From Eubacteriales bacterium (GTDB lineage: Bacteria; Bacillota; Clostridia; Oscillospirales; CAG-272): a stretch of DNA of 64,000 nt. This document shows, piece after piece, positions 17,750-27,025 of this stretch. Position numbers and translations under genes: made by a program. Location of the stretch: assembly GCA_045658965.1 (NCBI GenBank), contig JAZOVZ010000099.1:832-64831 (forward strand), read 5' to 3'. The first letter of the stretch is position 1, and each line of letters begins with the position of its first letter. A model generated the notes under the pieces. That model did not search any database and was not told the origin of the DNA. It saw only the letters and a program-made list of their open reading frames with translations.

Positions 17750-19234
17750 TCAATCGTAGCCGTAAGCCTTGAGGATCTTTTTCAGCTCGGTTCTGGTTCT
17801 GCGCTCGGAGGTGTTGATGTCCTTGACGATAGAGGTCTGATTTGCCTGCAGCGCGGTCTGCGCAATGTTAAAGCACGGGAAATCCTGACCGGAGAAATGC
17901 GCATAACCGAAATCAAATACCTTGTGACGGATGATGATATCCACCATCTCGGCAGACTCGGGGTCACGCGCGTTCTTGGACTTGGCAACCACGTCGTACA
18001 GCGTATCGGTCACCATATTGTAGGACGCAGAGGTCAGTGCCTCCAGCATATATCCCGCGATTGCGAGATTTTCCTCGGAGAGGCTGGAAGGTACGCACGC
18101 CATGCTCGCGCTGCCGTTGACAAAGCCGAGATAATCCGCCTGCTTTTCGTCATACTTGGGGTTGGGCAGGACGCCGTAGTCGTCCACCATGTCACGCAGG
18201 CTGGTTGCCGTTGCAAGATAGGTCGGGAAGAACAGTGCTCTGCCGTCGCGGAACACGTCAATTGTCGCGGTATACATAGAGGGATCCTTATCGTACTGTG
18301 CCCAGGTAACGTGGAAGGAGTTCTGCGTGATGATCAGCTTGTAGATCTTATCGTAGATCTCCTGCAGTCTGTCGGTGTTGGGATCAAATACGGGCAGGTG
18401 ATCCTCGTCATAGGAGAACATGGTTGCGCCGGTGCCGAAGTACAGGTTGAAATCTGCGTCCGCAGCCCATGCGGTCACGCCGAAAAAGTCGTCGGTATAA
18501 GCGACCCTACCGTCACCGTTGAGGTCCTTGGTCTGATCCTTGGTCATGTCCAGCATATCGTCCAGCGTCCAGGTTCCTTCTCTTGCGTCGTCATAGGGGA
18601 ATTCCCAGCCGTTTTCTTCAAACTGGTTTTTGTTGAACAAAACAGCTGCAGTGATCAGCATAGCGGAGGGCAGCAGGTCGCCGCACACCATCATCATGTT
18701 GTCGCCGATCACAAAACCCTTCTTGCAGTCCTGGTCCCACCATTCCTTATCGAAGTTCACGTAATCAAGGTCGGTCAGATTGTACAGATATCCGCCGGGA
18801 GCAAGCGCGCGCGCTGCGTCGATCATGTGCTGGTATACGATGTGATACTCACCCGTGCCCGCGGTCACGTCGTTTTTGACAGCGGTAGAGATCAGGTTAT
18901 AGTCGGACTGGTAAGCGCAGTTGAACTCAATGCCCAGCTCGTTTTCCAGCTTGTCGTCACGTCTGTAAACCGCATCCTCCAGCGGGTCGGTGGAGCTTTC
19001 CTCGGGAGCGATGTCATACTGGTTGTAGGACAGGATGACCACCTCAACGTCCCCCAGATTGAGGTCAACCTTGTCGAGCTTGAGATCGGGGTTCATCCAG
19101 TAGCTCTCTTCCTCTACGACGGAGCCGTTTTCATCGGTTTCGGTACTGCCCTGCTGCGCAGGATCATCTACACAGCCTGCAAAGCAAGCAAGCAGCATCC
19201 CTACAAGCAGTAGCCATACGGTCAGCTTTTTCAT
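17750..19234 (-). CDS. Extracellular solute-binding lipoprotein (close paralog of 16130..17596)
   Basis: Lipobox FAGC; shares long identical stretches (STDPLEDAVYRR, WWDQDCK, ARDPESAEMVD) with the neighbour. Confidence 0.88.
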   Translation of the reverse strand: MKKLTVWLLLVGMLLACFAGCVDDPAQQGSTETDENGSVVEEESYWMNPDLKLDKVDLNLGDVEVVILSYNQYDIAPEESSTDPLEDAVYRRDDKLENELGIEFNCAYQSDYNLISTAVKNDVTAGTGEYHIVYQHMIDAARALAPGGYLYNLTDLDYVNFDKEWWDQDCKKGFVIGDNMMMVCGDLLPSAMLITAAVLFNKNQFEENGWEFPYDDAREGTWTLDDMLDMTKDQTKDLNGDGRVAYTDDFFGVTAWAADADFNLYFGTGATMFSYDEDHLPVFDPNTDRLQEIYDKIYKLIITQNSFHVTWAQYDKDPSMYTATIDVFRDGRALFFPTYLATATSLRDMVDDYGVLPNPKYDEKQADYLGFVNGSASMACVPSSLSEENLAIAGYMLEALTSASYNMVTDTLYDVVAKSKNARDPESAEMVDIIIRHKVFDFGYAHFSGQDFPCFNIAQTALQANQTSIVKDINTSERRTRTELKKILKAYGYD

Positions 19235-19350
19235 AGTCAATTTCCTCTTTCGTGATGATTTTGAAAATATTTCATATTATTTTACCACATAAACGCGCGC
19301 GTGTCAAGAGATTTGCGCATCAAAAAGGGCGACCGAAGCCGCCCTGTCAT

Positions 19351-20907
19351 TTATTCAGTTGTTGTGTCTGTGGTTTGCTCGGGCGCAGACTCCGCTTGTT
19401 TCTTTTTGCGTTTTTTGGCATGTTTGACCAGTATGACGATCAGCACCACGATCGACGCAGTAGAAATACCGATCACCGCAAGCACGAACAGCACACCTAT
19501 GACAATGAGGCCGATCACCGCAAGCATGAACAGCGCGCCTATAACGATGAAGCCGATTGCCAAGTACGTGTACGCCGTGACCACGCGTTCGGGGTTTTCC
19601 ACCTCGCACAAGGTAAAGATCAGATCCTCGTCGGGCAAGCCGTCCAAGTGAATCTTGTATCCCGCGTCGGTCTTTGTCCACTCCTTTGGTGCAATGCTGT
19701 ACTCTCCCTTGCGCTCCTTGACCATGACGTAGGGCGTGTTGATATAGATATCCAGCGTGCCGAACTCGGTCCATGTTGAAGCGGGCGTCAAAAAATACTC
19801 ATAGGCATAAGTAGGCTGATCATATCTGCCGTTAATATGGGGATACAGAGGAGCTGTGACCGTGTTGGTCAGCCGCTCGCCGGGTGCGAGCGTGATCTCG
19901 TACGCATACCATTGCAATAGATGCTCCGAAACATCCCAATTGACACCGCCGTACAGACCGAGTGCTCTTTCAGAGTACTCGAGCTGTGCTACAACTGCAT
20001 TAAACCAATCGTGCGCTGCCACACCCGACGCATGATCGTAATATTGCATGGCAAGCGCGCCAAAGGTGGTGCTGGTTTTGTCTACCACACTCATGCTGCC
20101 CTCGATCTCGGTTTCCAAAGAGCCGTTTTCATAGAACTTCCATTCCAACTCTCCAACATCCTCGCCAAAAACATACACCGTGATCTCGGCATCAGACGTG
20201 TGCACGGATGCCCAGCCCGCATGTCCGTTCTCATCCGAATGGTAGCCGCCCAGATTTTCCAACATAAAGCGCGTATGTTCAAAAGCACCGTCAAAATACG
20301 TTGCCGCACGGGCAGAGCGGTATGTCTGCTTATCCACACTTATGCGGTAGGTATAGACATGCACAGGCAGATCGTAGGTCAAAAAGCTATCCGTGCGGTA
20401 ATCGTTATGCAGCTTTGCCATTTCCTCCGCGGGATCAAAGTTGTACAGATAGTGATCCCAATAGCTGTGTCGCACGGTGGTCTGTACCGCTGCACCGTTT
20501 ACCTGCGCGCCGTAATTGGACGCATTATTGGGCGTGACGTATTCTCCCTTCTCGGAGTCGTAAATTTCGCCGTAATAGGGAGTGATCCCAAACGGAAATA
20601 GCAAATTTGCCGTAACCGTCATATCACTTGGATTGTAAAAAGTATATTCTGCCGTCACGCTTGCATCGTAGGCAAGATAGTCCTCGATGCTGCCGTAAAG
20701 ATTGCTTGGAAACGCCCCTATATCAAAGGTCAGCGTTTCGTGCTCCACCACCAAGGGACATTCCCCTTCCGTGGTCAGCACCCCCGACGTGCTCACGCCC
20801 TCCCAATAAGATTGCGCGGAATTGGCAGATGTGGGGAGGATCGTAAGGGCGCACAGCAGTACGCATATGGCGGAAACGAAACATATTTTACGCGTTTGTT
20901 TGCTCAT
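19351..20907 (-). CDS. Membrane-anchored surface protein, DUF4424-like (paralog 3)
   Basis: Signal peptide; 'VEHETLTFDI', 'AEYTFYNPSD..LLFPFG', 'YFLTPASTW..FGTLDI'; C-terminal TM plus basic tail. ATG at 20907 follows GGAGGA. Confidence 0.75.
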   Translation of the reverse strand: MSKQTRKICFVSAICVLLCALTILPTSANSAQSYWEGVSTSGVLTTEGECPLVVEHETLTFDIGAFPSNLYGSIEDYLAYDASVTAEYTFYNPSDMTVTANLLFPFGITPYYGEIYDSEKGEYVTPNNASNYGAQVNGAAVQTTVRHSYWDHYLYNFDPAEEMAKLHNDYRTDSFLTYDLPVHVYTYRISVDKQTYRSARAATYFDGAFEHTRFMLENLGGYHSDENGHAGWASVHTSDAEITVYVFGEDVGELEWKFYENGSLETEIEGSMSVVDKTSTTFGALAMQYYDHASGVAAHDWFNAVVAQLEYSERALGLYGGVNWDVSEHLLQWYAYEITLAPGERLTNTVTAPLYPHINGRYDQPTYAYEYFLTPASTWTEFGTLDIYINTPYVMVKERKGEYSIAPKEWTKTDAGYKIHLDGLPDEDLIFTLCEVENPERVVTAYTYLAIGFIVIGALFMLAVIGLIVIGVLFVLAVIGISTASIVVLIVILVKHAKKRKKKQAESAPEQTTDTTTE

Positions 20908-22489
20908 CGTCTTCCTCCTTCTCGTCAGTTTCGTCAGTCTCCTCATTTGCATCTTGCCCGGCAGGCACCGCTTGGCTATTTTCCTGCTTTTCGTGCTTGG
21001 CTTTCTTTTTCTTGCGCCTGCGAATCAACAGCACAATGAGAACGATAACTACCGCAATCACAATCACGGCAAGCAGCACGGGCAAGGCGTGCAGCAACAG
21101 CATTATGATCAGGATCACGACAAAGAAAAACATCATTGCCAACCCGCCAAAATCAATACTGATCCTGCCCTTGCTCGTGGAAACGACCAGATAGGGTGCA
21201 TCGATCTCCCCTGTGTACTCGTATCCGTCCTCGACCTTGGAAAACTCCTTGTAATCGGGATGTGATTCCATCTTTTTGAGTCGCAGATCGGTCACGGCGT
21301 GCACGCTGAACTGTCCGCACGCGCTCCATTGCTCTGCTGCGGGCAACGCAATCGGGTAGGTGTAGATCGGGGGCGTTTTGTAATCGTGCACAAAGGGATA
21401 GAGCGGCGACTTGACCGTCACGGTCGTGCGCGCACCGGGTTCAAGCGTCACGCCAAAGATCTGCATTGCCTGCAAGCAGCTGTCGCCCGCCAAGCCGTAC
21501 TTCGTGAAATTGCAGGTGCCCTCGGTATACTCGTAATAACTATCATTCCGCGTCAGATACGCGAACGTGGCGTTGTAATAATCGACCTCGCTGCAGCCCG
21601 ATGCTGCATCATAACCCATCATGCAATATTCCTCAAAGGTGATCTCCTCTTTATCTTGCAGCGTCACCTCAATCTCCATCGGCTCGCCCTTGTCGGGATA
21701 CGGCTCGGTGCTTCCCTTCCAATCAAGCGCGTCAATATCCTCGCCTATGACGTAAACGGAAACGACGTCCTCACACGCAGAAATCTGCGTGCCATAATTC
21801 AAATAGGTATCAAAACGGGCATCTCCCGAGCAGATCATGCGCGTGCCCGTATATGCGGGTAGCGTTGCGCTGATGTAAGCGTTCTCATGTTCCTCCTTCG
21901 GCAAGAGCAAATACGTATATTTGTACACGGGCGTATTGCGGTAAAATATACCCTCTTCGATATAATCGTCCGACAAATACTTCACCCCGTACGCATGGGA
22001 GCGGATCGCAGCCTCCTGGGCGGTTCTCGATTGGGTGTAATCGTACGCGTTGTAGCAAAAAACGTGTCTTGTCTGCGTTTCGACCTGCTCACCGCCGATC
22101 TCAACCGTGTACTTTTCCGCATCCGCACCCGCAGGCAGCTCATGTGCATACCACGGCATGGACGCCGCTGCGTTGTGCGTCAGCAGCTCGGTATGTACGG
22201 TGTGATCGGTGGGATTATACAGCGTATAGGTGGCTGTCATTTGCCCGCCGTACGCCAAAAGCTGCTCTGCCGTTTTGTATTCCTCTAAAGGCAAGTCGCG
22301 GACATCCATGTATATCTCGGTGCTCTCTATGGCAAGCTCGGTCTTGCCGTTCATGACGTACAAGCCGCCAGCAACCGAACCGCGATACGGCTCGGCAGGG
22401 GTAAATGCAAAAACAGGCATAACGGCAAGGACGCACAGCAGTGTGCAAAGCAACACGGAAAATGCGATTCTTGGCGTTCTGTTTTTCAT
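20888..22489 (-). CDS. Membrane-anchored surface protein, DUF4424-like (paralog 2)
   Basis: Signal peptide; 'ATYTLYNPTD'; C-terminal TM plus RRRKKKK; ATGA coupling with the upstream stop. Confidence 0.75.
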   Translation of the reverse strand: MKNRTPRIAFSVLLCTLLCVLAVMPVFAFTPAEPYRGSVAGGLYVMNGKTELAIESTEIYMDVRDLPLEEYKTAEQLLAYGGQMTATYTLYNPTDHTVHTELLTHNAAASMPWYAHELPAGADAEKYTVEIGGEQVETQTRHVFCYNAYDYTQSRTAQEAAIRSHAYGVKYLSDDYIEEGIFYRNTPVYKYTYLLLPKEEHENAYISATLPAYTGTRMICSGDARFDTYLNYGTQISACEDVVSVYVIGEDIDALDWKGSTEPYPDKGEPMEIEVTLQDKEEITFEEYCMMGYDAASGCSEVDYYNATFAYLTRNDSYYEYTEGTCNFTKYGLAGDSCLQAMQIFGVTLEPGARTTVTVKSPLYPFVHDYKTPPIYTYPIALPAAEQWSACGQFSVHAVTDLRLKKMESHPDYKEFSKVEDGYEYTGEIDAPYLVVSTSKGRISIDFGGLAMMFFFVVILIIMLLLHALPVLLAVIVIAVVIVLIVLLIRRRKKKKAKHEKQENSQAVPAGQDANEETDETDEKEEDDEQTNA

Positions 22490-24063
22490 GATTTTGCTCC
22501 TTTCTCGGTTTTCTGTTCCGTAGTTTGATTGGTTGGCGGGGCGGGTTTGCCTTTGCGCTTGCCTGACGTTATGCGTTCGCACAGCAAAATGATCAACGCG
22601 AACGCGCCACCGGGAACGCCCACAAACACAAGCATCATCAGCGCGATAGCGATATATCCCCAAATTTCGTTAACCATCATGGATAAGGTTGTGTAATTGC
22701 TTTTACTTGAAAGCGAAAAGCGTACGATGGGCACATCGGGCGAGACAGACATGGAATATCCCTGCTCGTCCTGCTCGTAATCCTCGATTTCGTGCGTGTA
22801 ATAGTAGGAAACCTCAGACATATACAATGCGGTGTGGATGTGCAGATTGATCTGCCCCACACTTGCAAACGACCCTTGCACGGGAGGCACGAAGGTCCAA
22901 GTGCCAAGAGTGCCACGCCCATTATCCGATGGCAGCTGCCACGGATATGCAAGCAGCTCCACGGTGTTCTGTACGGTAGCGTGCGGTGCTATCTCTATTT
23001 CATAGTAAAGCATAGGCTGCAGCAGCTCGCGTACGTTCCAGCCTACAGAGGTAGTGCCGATATCAGAAACTGCGTTCGATCCTTGTATGCGCTGATCTTG
23101 CAGCATTGCCAATACCGCGCTGTACCAATCCTCGCGTGACACACCGGACACCGCGTCGTACTCCTGCATGACAATCTCACCCAAAGTGGTTTGGGTCGTG
23201 CCCTGCATCCGCATATCGTCATCGCCGCGAATCCTGCCTACCTTCCATTCGCCGATCTCAACCTCGCCCTCTCCGATGACGTACACGTTGATGACGTCAC
23301 CGTAGAAAACGTATCCTGCCAAGATTGCACAAGCTTCCCCGCTCTTTGCATCCTCTTCTACTCTGTTTCCCCACATATGCGGGATAAAGACGCACGCGCC
23401 GTCCTCTATGACCCGAACGCGACATTCCAGCATTTCCGAGCCCCCATCTTTTCTGACGTCATTGCCCGGCACGTAAGAATACACCGTCACAGGCGTGTCT
23501 TTTGCATAAGTATTGACGTCAAGATTGCCGACCGCATGCGAAAGCAGAGCTTGCATGGTGTAGTCATTTTCAAATATATTAGGCTCATACCGCGTCTGCG
23601 CCTCGGAAAGATAAGCATAGCGCACGGTGGGCGTGACCGGTTTGCCGTCCAGCGTGATGCTGTATTGCTCCAAAAGGCGCGACGCCACGCTCACGCTCTC
23701 CCACTCTGCATATTCGGGCGGTAGTGCGGCAGGCAGATACAATCCCTGTTTGACTGGCTGATCGGTGGGATTTTCAAATACGTAGGTTGCACGCACGCGC
23801 GGTTGATATTCCAGAAACGATGCATATTGCTCTGCATCACGGAAGTCCCAATCGGGAGGCAGGCTGTCAATCTGCCACGTCACGTCCAAGGACTTGATGG
23901 CAAGCGGGCTGTTCCCACCCGCAGGATACAGCGCAAAATGCGGCACCGCGCCATACGGATCAATGGGAGTCATGCCAAAAACAGGCATAACGGCAAGGAC
24001 GCACAGCAAAAATGCCATTGCGCCTGCCGTTATGCACAGGTTTATTTTTTTGAATTTTTTCAT
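22486..24063 (-). CDS. Membrane-anchored surface protein, DUF4424-like (paralog 1)
   Basis: Signal peptide; 'ATYVFENPTD'; C-terminal TM; GGAGG RBS. Confidence 0.75.
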   Translation of the reverse strand: MKKFKKINLCITAGAMAFLLCVLAVMPVFGMTPIDPYGAVPHFALYPAGGNSPLAIKSLDVTWQIDSLPPDWDFRDAEQYASFLEYQPRVRATYVFENPTDQPVKQGLYLPAALPPEYAEWESVSVASRLLEQYSITLDGKPVTPTVRYAYLSEAQTRYEPNIFENDYTMQALLSHAVGNLDVNTYAKDTPVTVYSYVPGNDVRKDGGSEMLECRVRVIEDGACVFIPHMWGNRVEEDAKSGEACAILAGYVFYGDVINVYVIGEGEVEIGEWKVGRIRGDDDMRMQGTTQTTLGEIVMQEYDAVSGVSREDWYSAVLAMLQDQRIQGSNAVSDIGTTSVGWNVRELLQPMLYYEIEIAPHATVQNTVELLAYPWQLPSDNGRGTLGTWTFVPPVQGSFASVGQINLHIHTALYMSEVSYYYTHEIEDYEQDEQGYSMSVSPDVPIVRFSLSSKSNYTTLSMMVNEIWGYIAIALMMLVFVGVPGGAFALIILLCERITSGKRKGKPAPPTNQTTEQKTEKGAKS

Positions 24064-24164
24064 AGTGAGTCCTCCTTTGTTCTGTCGGAATGCGGTCGAC
24101 TTCAGGATTCACCGAATGAAGTAACCCATAGCAGACATTCAAGCGATAAGGACATGCGCTGCAT

Positions 24165-24317
24165 AGGCGTCCCCCGGGGGGAAGCTGGCGCCGTAGGCGA
24201 CTGAAGGGGAACGCGAAAGCTTGGGCTTGAATTGTTATATCCGAACGGGTAACCATACCGTTTAGCACGCCACTCCCCTTCAGTCGCTGCGCGCCAGCTT
24301 CCCCTCGGGGGACGCCT
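24165..24317. mobile_element. MITE/REP-like element, copy B (no insert)
   Basis: AGGCGTCCCCCGGGGGGAAGCTGGCGC...GCGCCAGCTTCCCCTCGGGGGACGCCT nested IRs; homologous to 10025-10256. Confidence 0.75.
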
Positions 24318-24482
24318 TTTGGGCGCGCAACCATATCGTTTAGTTATCCACTACAAATTAGTCGACCTTTATATTCCCATCATTCCGGTTCTATCGGGGG
24401 TTCTACCTATAAAGACGCAAAAACTCGCATTTCGTTTCGCGTTTTTCAAAAAACATTTGTTAATAAATTGTAAACTGTAAAA

Positions 24483-24857
24483 TCAGTTGCCGTACAGTCT
24501 GTCCAGATCGTAAAATTCTCTTGCCTCGCGGCTGAACACGTGCACGATGACATGGCTGTAGTCCAGCACGATCCAGGAGTTATTGCCTCTGCCTTCAACT
24601 GCCTCTGCCTTGATATCTCTCTCTTCCATCTTGAACTCGACCTCGCCTGCCAAAGCCTTGACGTGGGTGGAGGAGGTACCGTTTGCCAGCACGAAATATT
24701 CCGCAATGTCGGTCTTTTCCTTGAGCTCCACGATCTTGATATCCTTGGCTCTGGTATCGTCCAAAATCTCTGCGATCGCCTCTGCCAGCTGCAGGGGGGT
24801 AGCACCGATCAGAGAGGGCTTCTTTACTTGATTTTCATTGTTCAGAATGTCTTCCAT
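24483..24857 (-). CDS. rsfS: Ribosome silencing factor
   Basis: 'AKDIKIVEL', 'FVLANGTSSTHVKALA', 'WIVLDYSHVIVHVF..REFYDLDRLY'. Confidence 0.93.
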   Translation of the reverse strand: MEDILNNENQVKKPSLIGATPLQLAEAIAEILDDTRAKDIKIVELKEKTDIAEYFVLANGTSSTHVKALAGEVEFKMEERDIKAEAVEGRGNNSWIVLDYSHVIVHVFSREAREFYDLDRLYGN

Positions 24858-24882
24858 GTGTATATTCCTTTCTATTTCTCGT

Positions 24883-25515
24883 TTACTTTTCAATCTTCAG
24901 TTTCAAAATCAGGCTGTTTCGAGCCAAAAACGTGTCCGCACTGACGGGTGCGCCGTCCTCGATCAGCCCTGCAATGGTCATGTCAAACGATTGCACCAGC
25001 ACGCGCAAAAGGTGCGTTTCGCGCTCGTCTTGCGTCATATCTTCGGGCTTGGCTCCCCAAAAAGCATTGCGTAAGGTCACGCAATCCGCGAATGTGCGCG
25101 AGTCATCGATATAATCGGCAAGGTACACGATCTGCTCTGTCACGGTCATGTCTTCCCTGCCCGTCGTATGGTAGCGCACAGCAGAGATGACCTCGTCATC
25201 TGCGTATTCGGAATACTGCTCGGGGATGAGCAGCGCAGCCGTTTTTGCGTGTAAGGTTTTGGGTGCTGCCAGATCCATGGCGGTGGGAACGATGCCGTGC
25301 TCTGCAAGAAACGCCGCGTGACGCTCGGTGCTCCATTCCTTTGTCACGTCGTGGAGCAGTGCCGCTATGCGCAGCATTTGCTCCTTTTCGGGGCAGTACA
25401 GTGCAGAAAGTCTTGCCGCCATTTGCTCAACCGCCAAGGTGTGTCTTGCACGCTTTTCGGACATATCCGCGATCACGCGCGCACGCAATTCCGTAATCAT
25501 GTGTTCTTTGTTCAT
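24883..25515 (-). CDS. yqeK: HD-domain Ap4A hydrolase
   Basis: 'RARHTLAV', 'ALLHDVTKE', 'RYHTTG', 'YLADYI'; adjacent to nadD. Confidence 0.9.
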   Translation of the reverse strand: MNKEHMITELRARVIADMSEKRARHTLAVEQMAARLSALYCPEKEQMLRIAALLHDVTKEWSTERHAAFLAEHGIVPTAMDLAAPKTLHAKTAALLIPEQYSEYADDEVISAVRYHTTGREDMTVTEQIVYLADYIDDSRTFADCVTLRNAFWGAKPEDMTQDERETHLLRVLVQSFDMTIAGLIEDGAPVSADTFLARNSLILKLKIEK

Positions 25516-26114
25516 TGGTATAACCCGTTTTCCTTGATATATGCGGCAACGCGTGCGGGAACGAGCTGCTCTATTCCCTGCCCCGCTCTAATGGCGTTAC
25601 GGATCTCTGTTGAGCTGACCTCGATGGGGTCGGTCACGATCCTGCGCACCACCTTGCCGTATTTTTGATTGTATTCCGCAATTTTTTGCACGATCTCCTC
25701 GTCCAGCGCCTTGTCGCTCTCGCGGCGCACGTACACGGGATAGCACAGCTCAAAGATGCGCTCGGGTGCGCGCCATGATCCCAGCGTCAGCATCATATCG
25801 GTGCCCAAAAGCAAGAACAACCGTCTGTCCTCGCCCGCAAGTGCTTCCAGCGTATCCACGGTAAAGCTCTTGCCCTCGCGGCGCATCTCGATATCGCTGA
25901 CGATCACGCCCTCAACGTCCGAGAACGCAAGCTCGCACATGCGCAGCCTTTGTGCCGCGGTGACCTCACCGTCCATCTGCTTGTGCGGCGTTGTGCCCGT
26001 GGGAATGACGTATAGCACGTCCAGCCACATCTGCTCCATAAACGCCTTGGCAGCTGCCACGTGGCCCTTGTGCACCGGTGAAAACGTGCCGCCGTAAATG
26101 CCTATACGCAGCAT
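25512..26114 (-). CDS. nadD: Nicotinate-nucleotide adenylyltransferase
   Basis: 'GIYGGTFSPVHKGH', 'SSTEIR', 'YIKENGLY'. Confidence 0.95.
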   Translation of the reverse strand: MLRIGIYGGTFSPVHKGHVAAAKAFMEQMWLDVLYVIPTGTTPHKQMDGEVTAAQRLRMCELAFSDVEGVIVSDIEMRREGKSFTVDTLEALAGEDRRLFLLLGTDMMLTLGSWRAPERIFELCYPVYVRRESDKALDEEIVQKIAEYNQKYGKVVRRIVTDPIEVSSTEIRNAIRAGQGIEQLVPARVAAYIKENGLYQ

Positions 26115-26115
26115 A

Positions 26116-26409
26116 TCAGGGCAGCTCGATGCGATTCTTTTTCTTTTCGCTGCGGCGGTACAGAATGATCTTTCTGCCGATCACGCCGCAAACCTCAGCT
26201 CCCAGCGCCTCGCCAAGCGCGTCCGCAATATCGCGGGGGGTGTATTCACAGTTATCCAGAACGCCCAGCTTGATCAGCTCTCTTGCGTCAAGCGCGTCCG
26301 AAAAGGTTTTGAGCATGTTATCTCCCAAGCCGCCCTTGCCGATCTGCATAATGGTGGGCAGATCGTGCGCCAGGCTGCGCAGGTATGCTCTTTGCTTACT
26401 TGTAATCAT
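26116..26409 (-). CDS. yhbY: CRM-domain RNA-binding protein
   Basis: 'TSKQRAYLRSLAH', 'QIGKGG', 'RELIK', 'IGRKIILYR'. Confidence 0.93.
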   Translation of the reverse strand: MITSKQRAYLRSLAHDLPTIMQIGKGGLGDNMLKTFSDALDARELIKLGVLDNCEYTPRDIADALGEALGAEVCGVIGRKIILYRRSEKKKNRIELP

Positions 26410-26410
26410 A

Positions 26411-27013
26411 TCAAACTCCGTTATAATTCTTTACTAAGAAATCAACCAGCAGCTGCATGGCTCTGCCGCGGTGGCTGATACTGTTTTTCTCGTCTGCCGT
26501 CATTTCGGCATAGCTTTTTTCCATGGGGGGATAGTAGAACAAGGGATCGTAGCCAAAGCCGGTCTCTCCTCTGTATGCGTGCAAGATCTCGCCCTCGGTC
26601 TTACCGAGGAAGACGTGTGCCCGATCAAGATCATCCGGGAACACGCAGGCAATGGCACACACGAACGCGCCGCTTCTGTCCTGCACGTTCTCCATATTCT
26701 TCAAAAGCAGCTGATTGTTCGCCTCGTCGTCGCCGTGCTCACCCGCGTATCTTGCGCTGAAGATGCCGGGCGCACCACCAAGGGCGTTTACCTCAAGTCC
26801 CGAGTCGTCGCCTACGCCGATATAGCCGCTCTCTGCCGCCGCGCGCGCCTTGATGGTCGCGTTTTCGGCAAAGGTGGTGCCGTTTTCCTCAATCTCATCG
26901 GTCAAGCCCACCTCGTCAAGCGAATATACCTCAACCTCGGGAATGGACTGCGAAAGGATCCTCTTGAGTTCTCTGATCTTATTTTGATTGTGTGATGCAA
27001 GTACGATCTTCAT
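26411..27013 (-). CDS. rdgB: Non-canonical purine NTP pyrophosphatase (HAM1 family)
   Basis: 'ASHNQNK', 'DDSGL', 'GFGYDPLF', 'KNSISHRGRA'. Confidence 0.95.
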   Translation of the reverse strand: MKIVLASHNQNKIRELKRILSQSIPEVEVYSLDEVGLTDEIEENGTTFAENATIKARAAAESGYIGVGDDSGLEVNALGGAPGIFSARYAGEHGDDEANNQLLLKNMENVQDRSGAFVCAIACVFPDDLDRAHVFLGKTEGEILHAYRGETGFGYDPLFYYPPMEKSYAEMTADEKNSISHRGRAMQLLVDFLVKNYNGV

Positions 27014-27025
27014 ATCTCTTGATGA

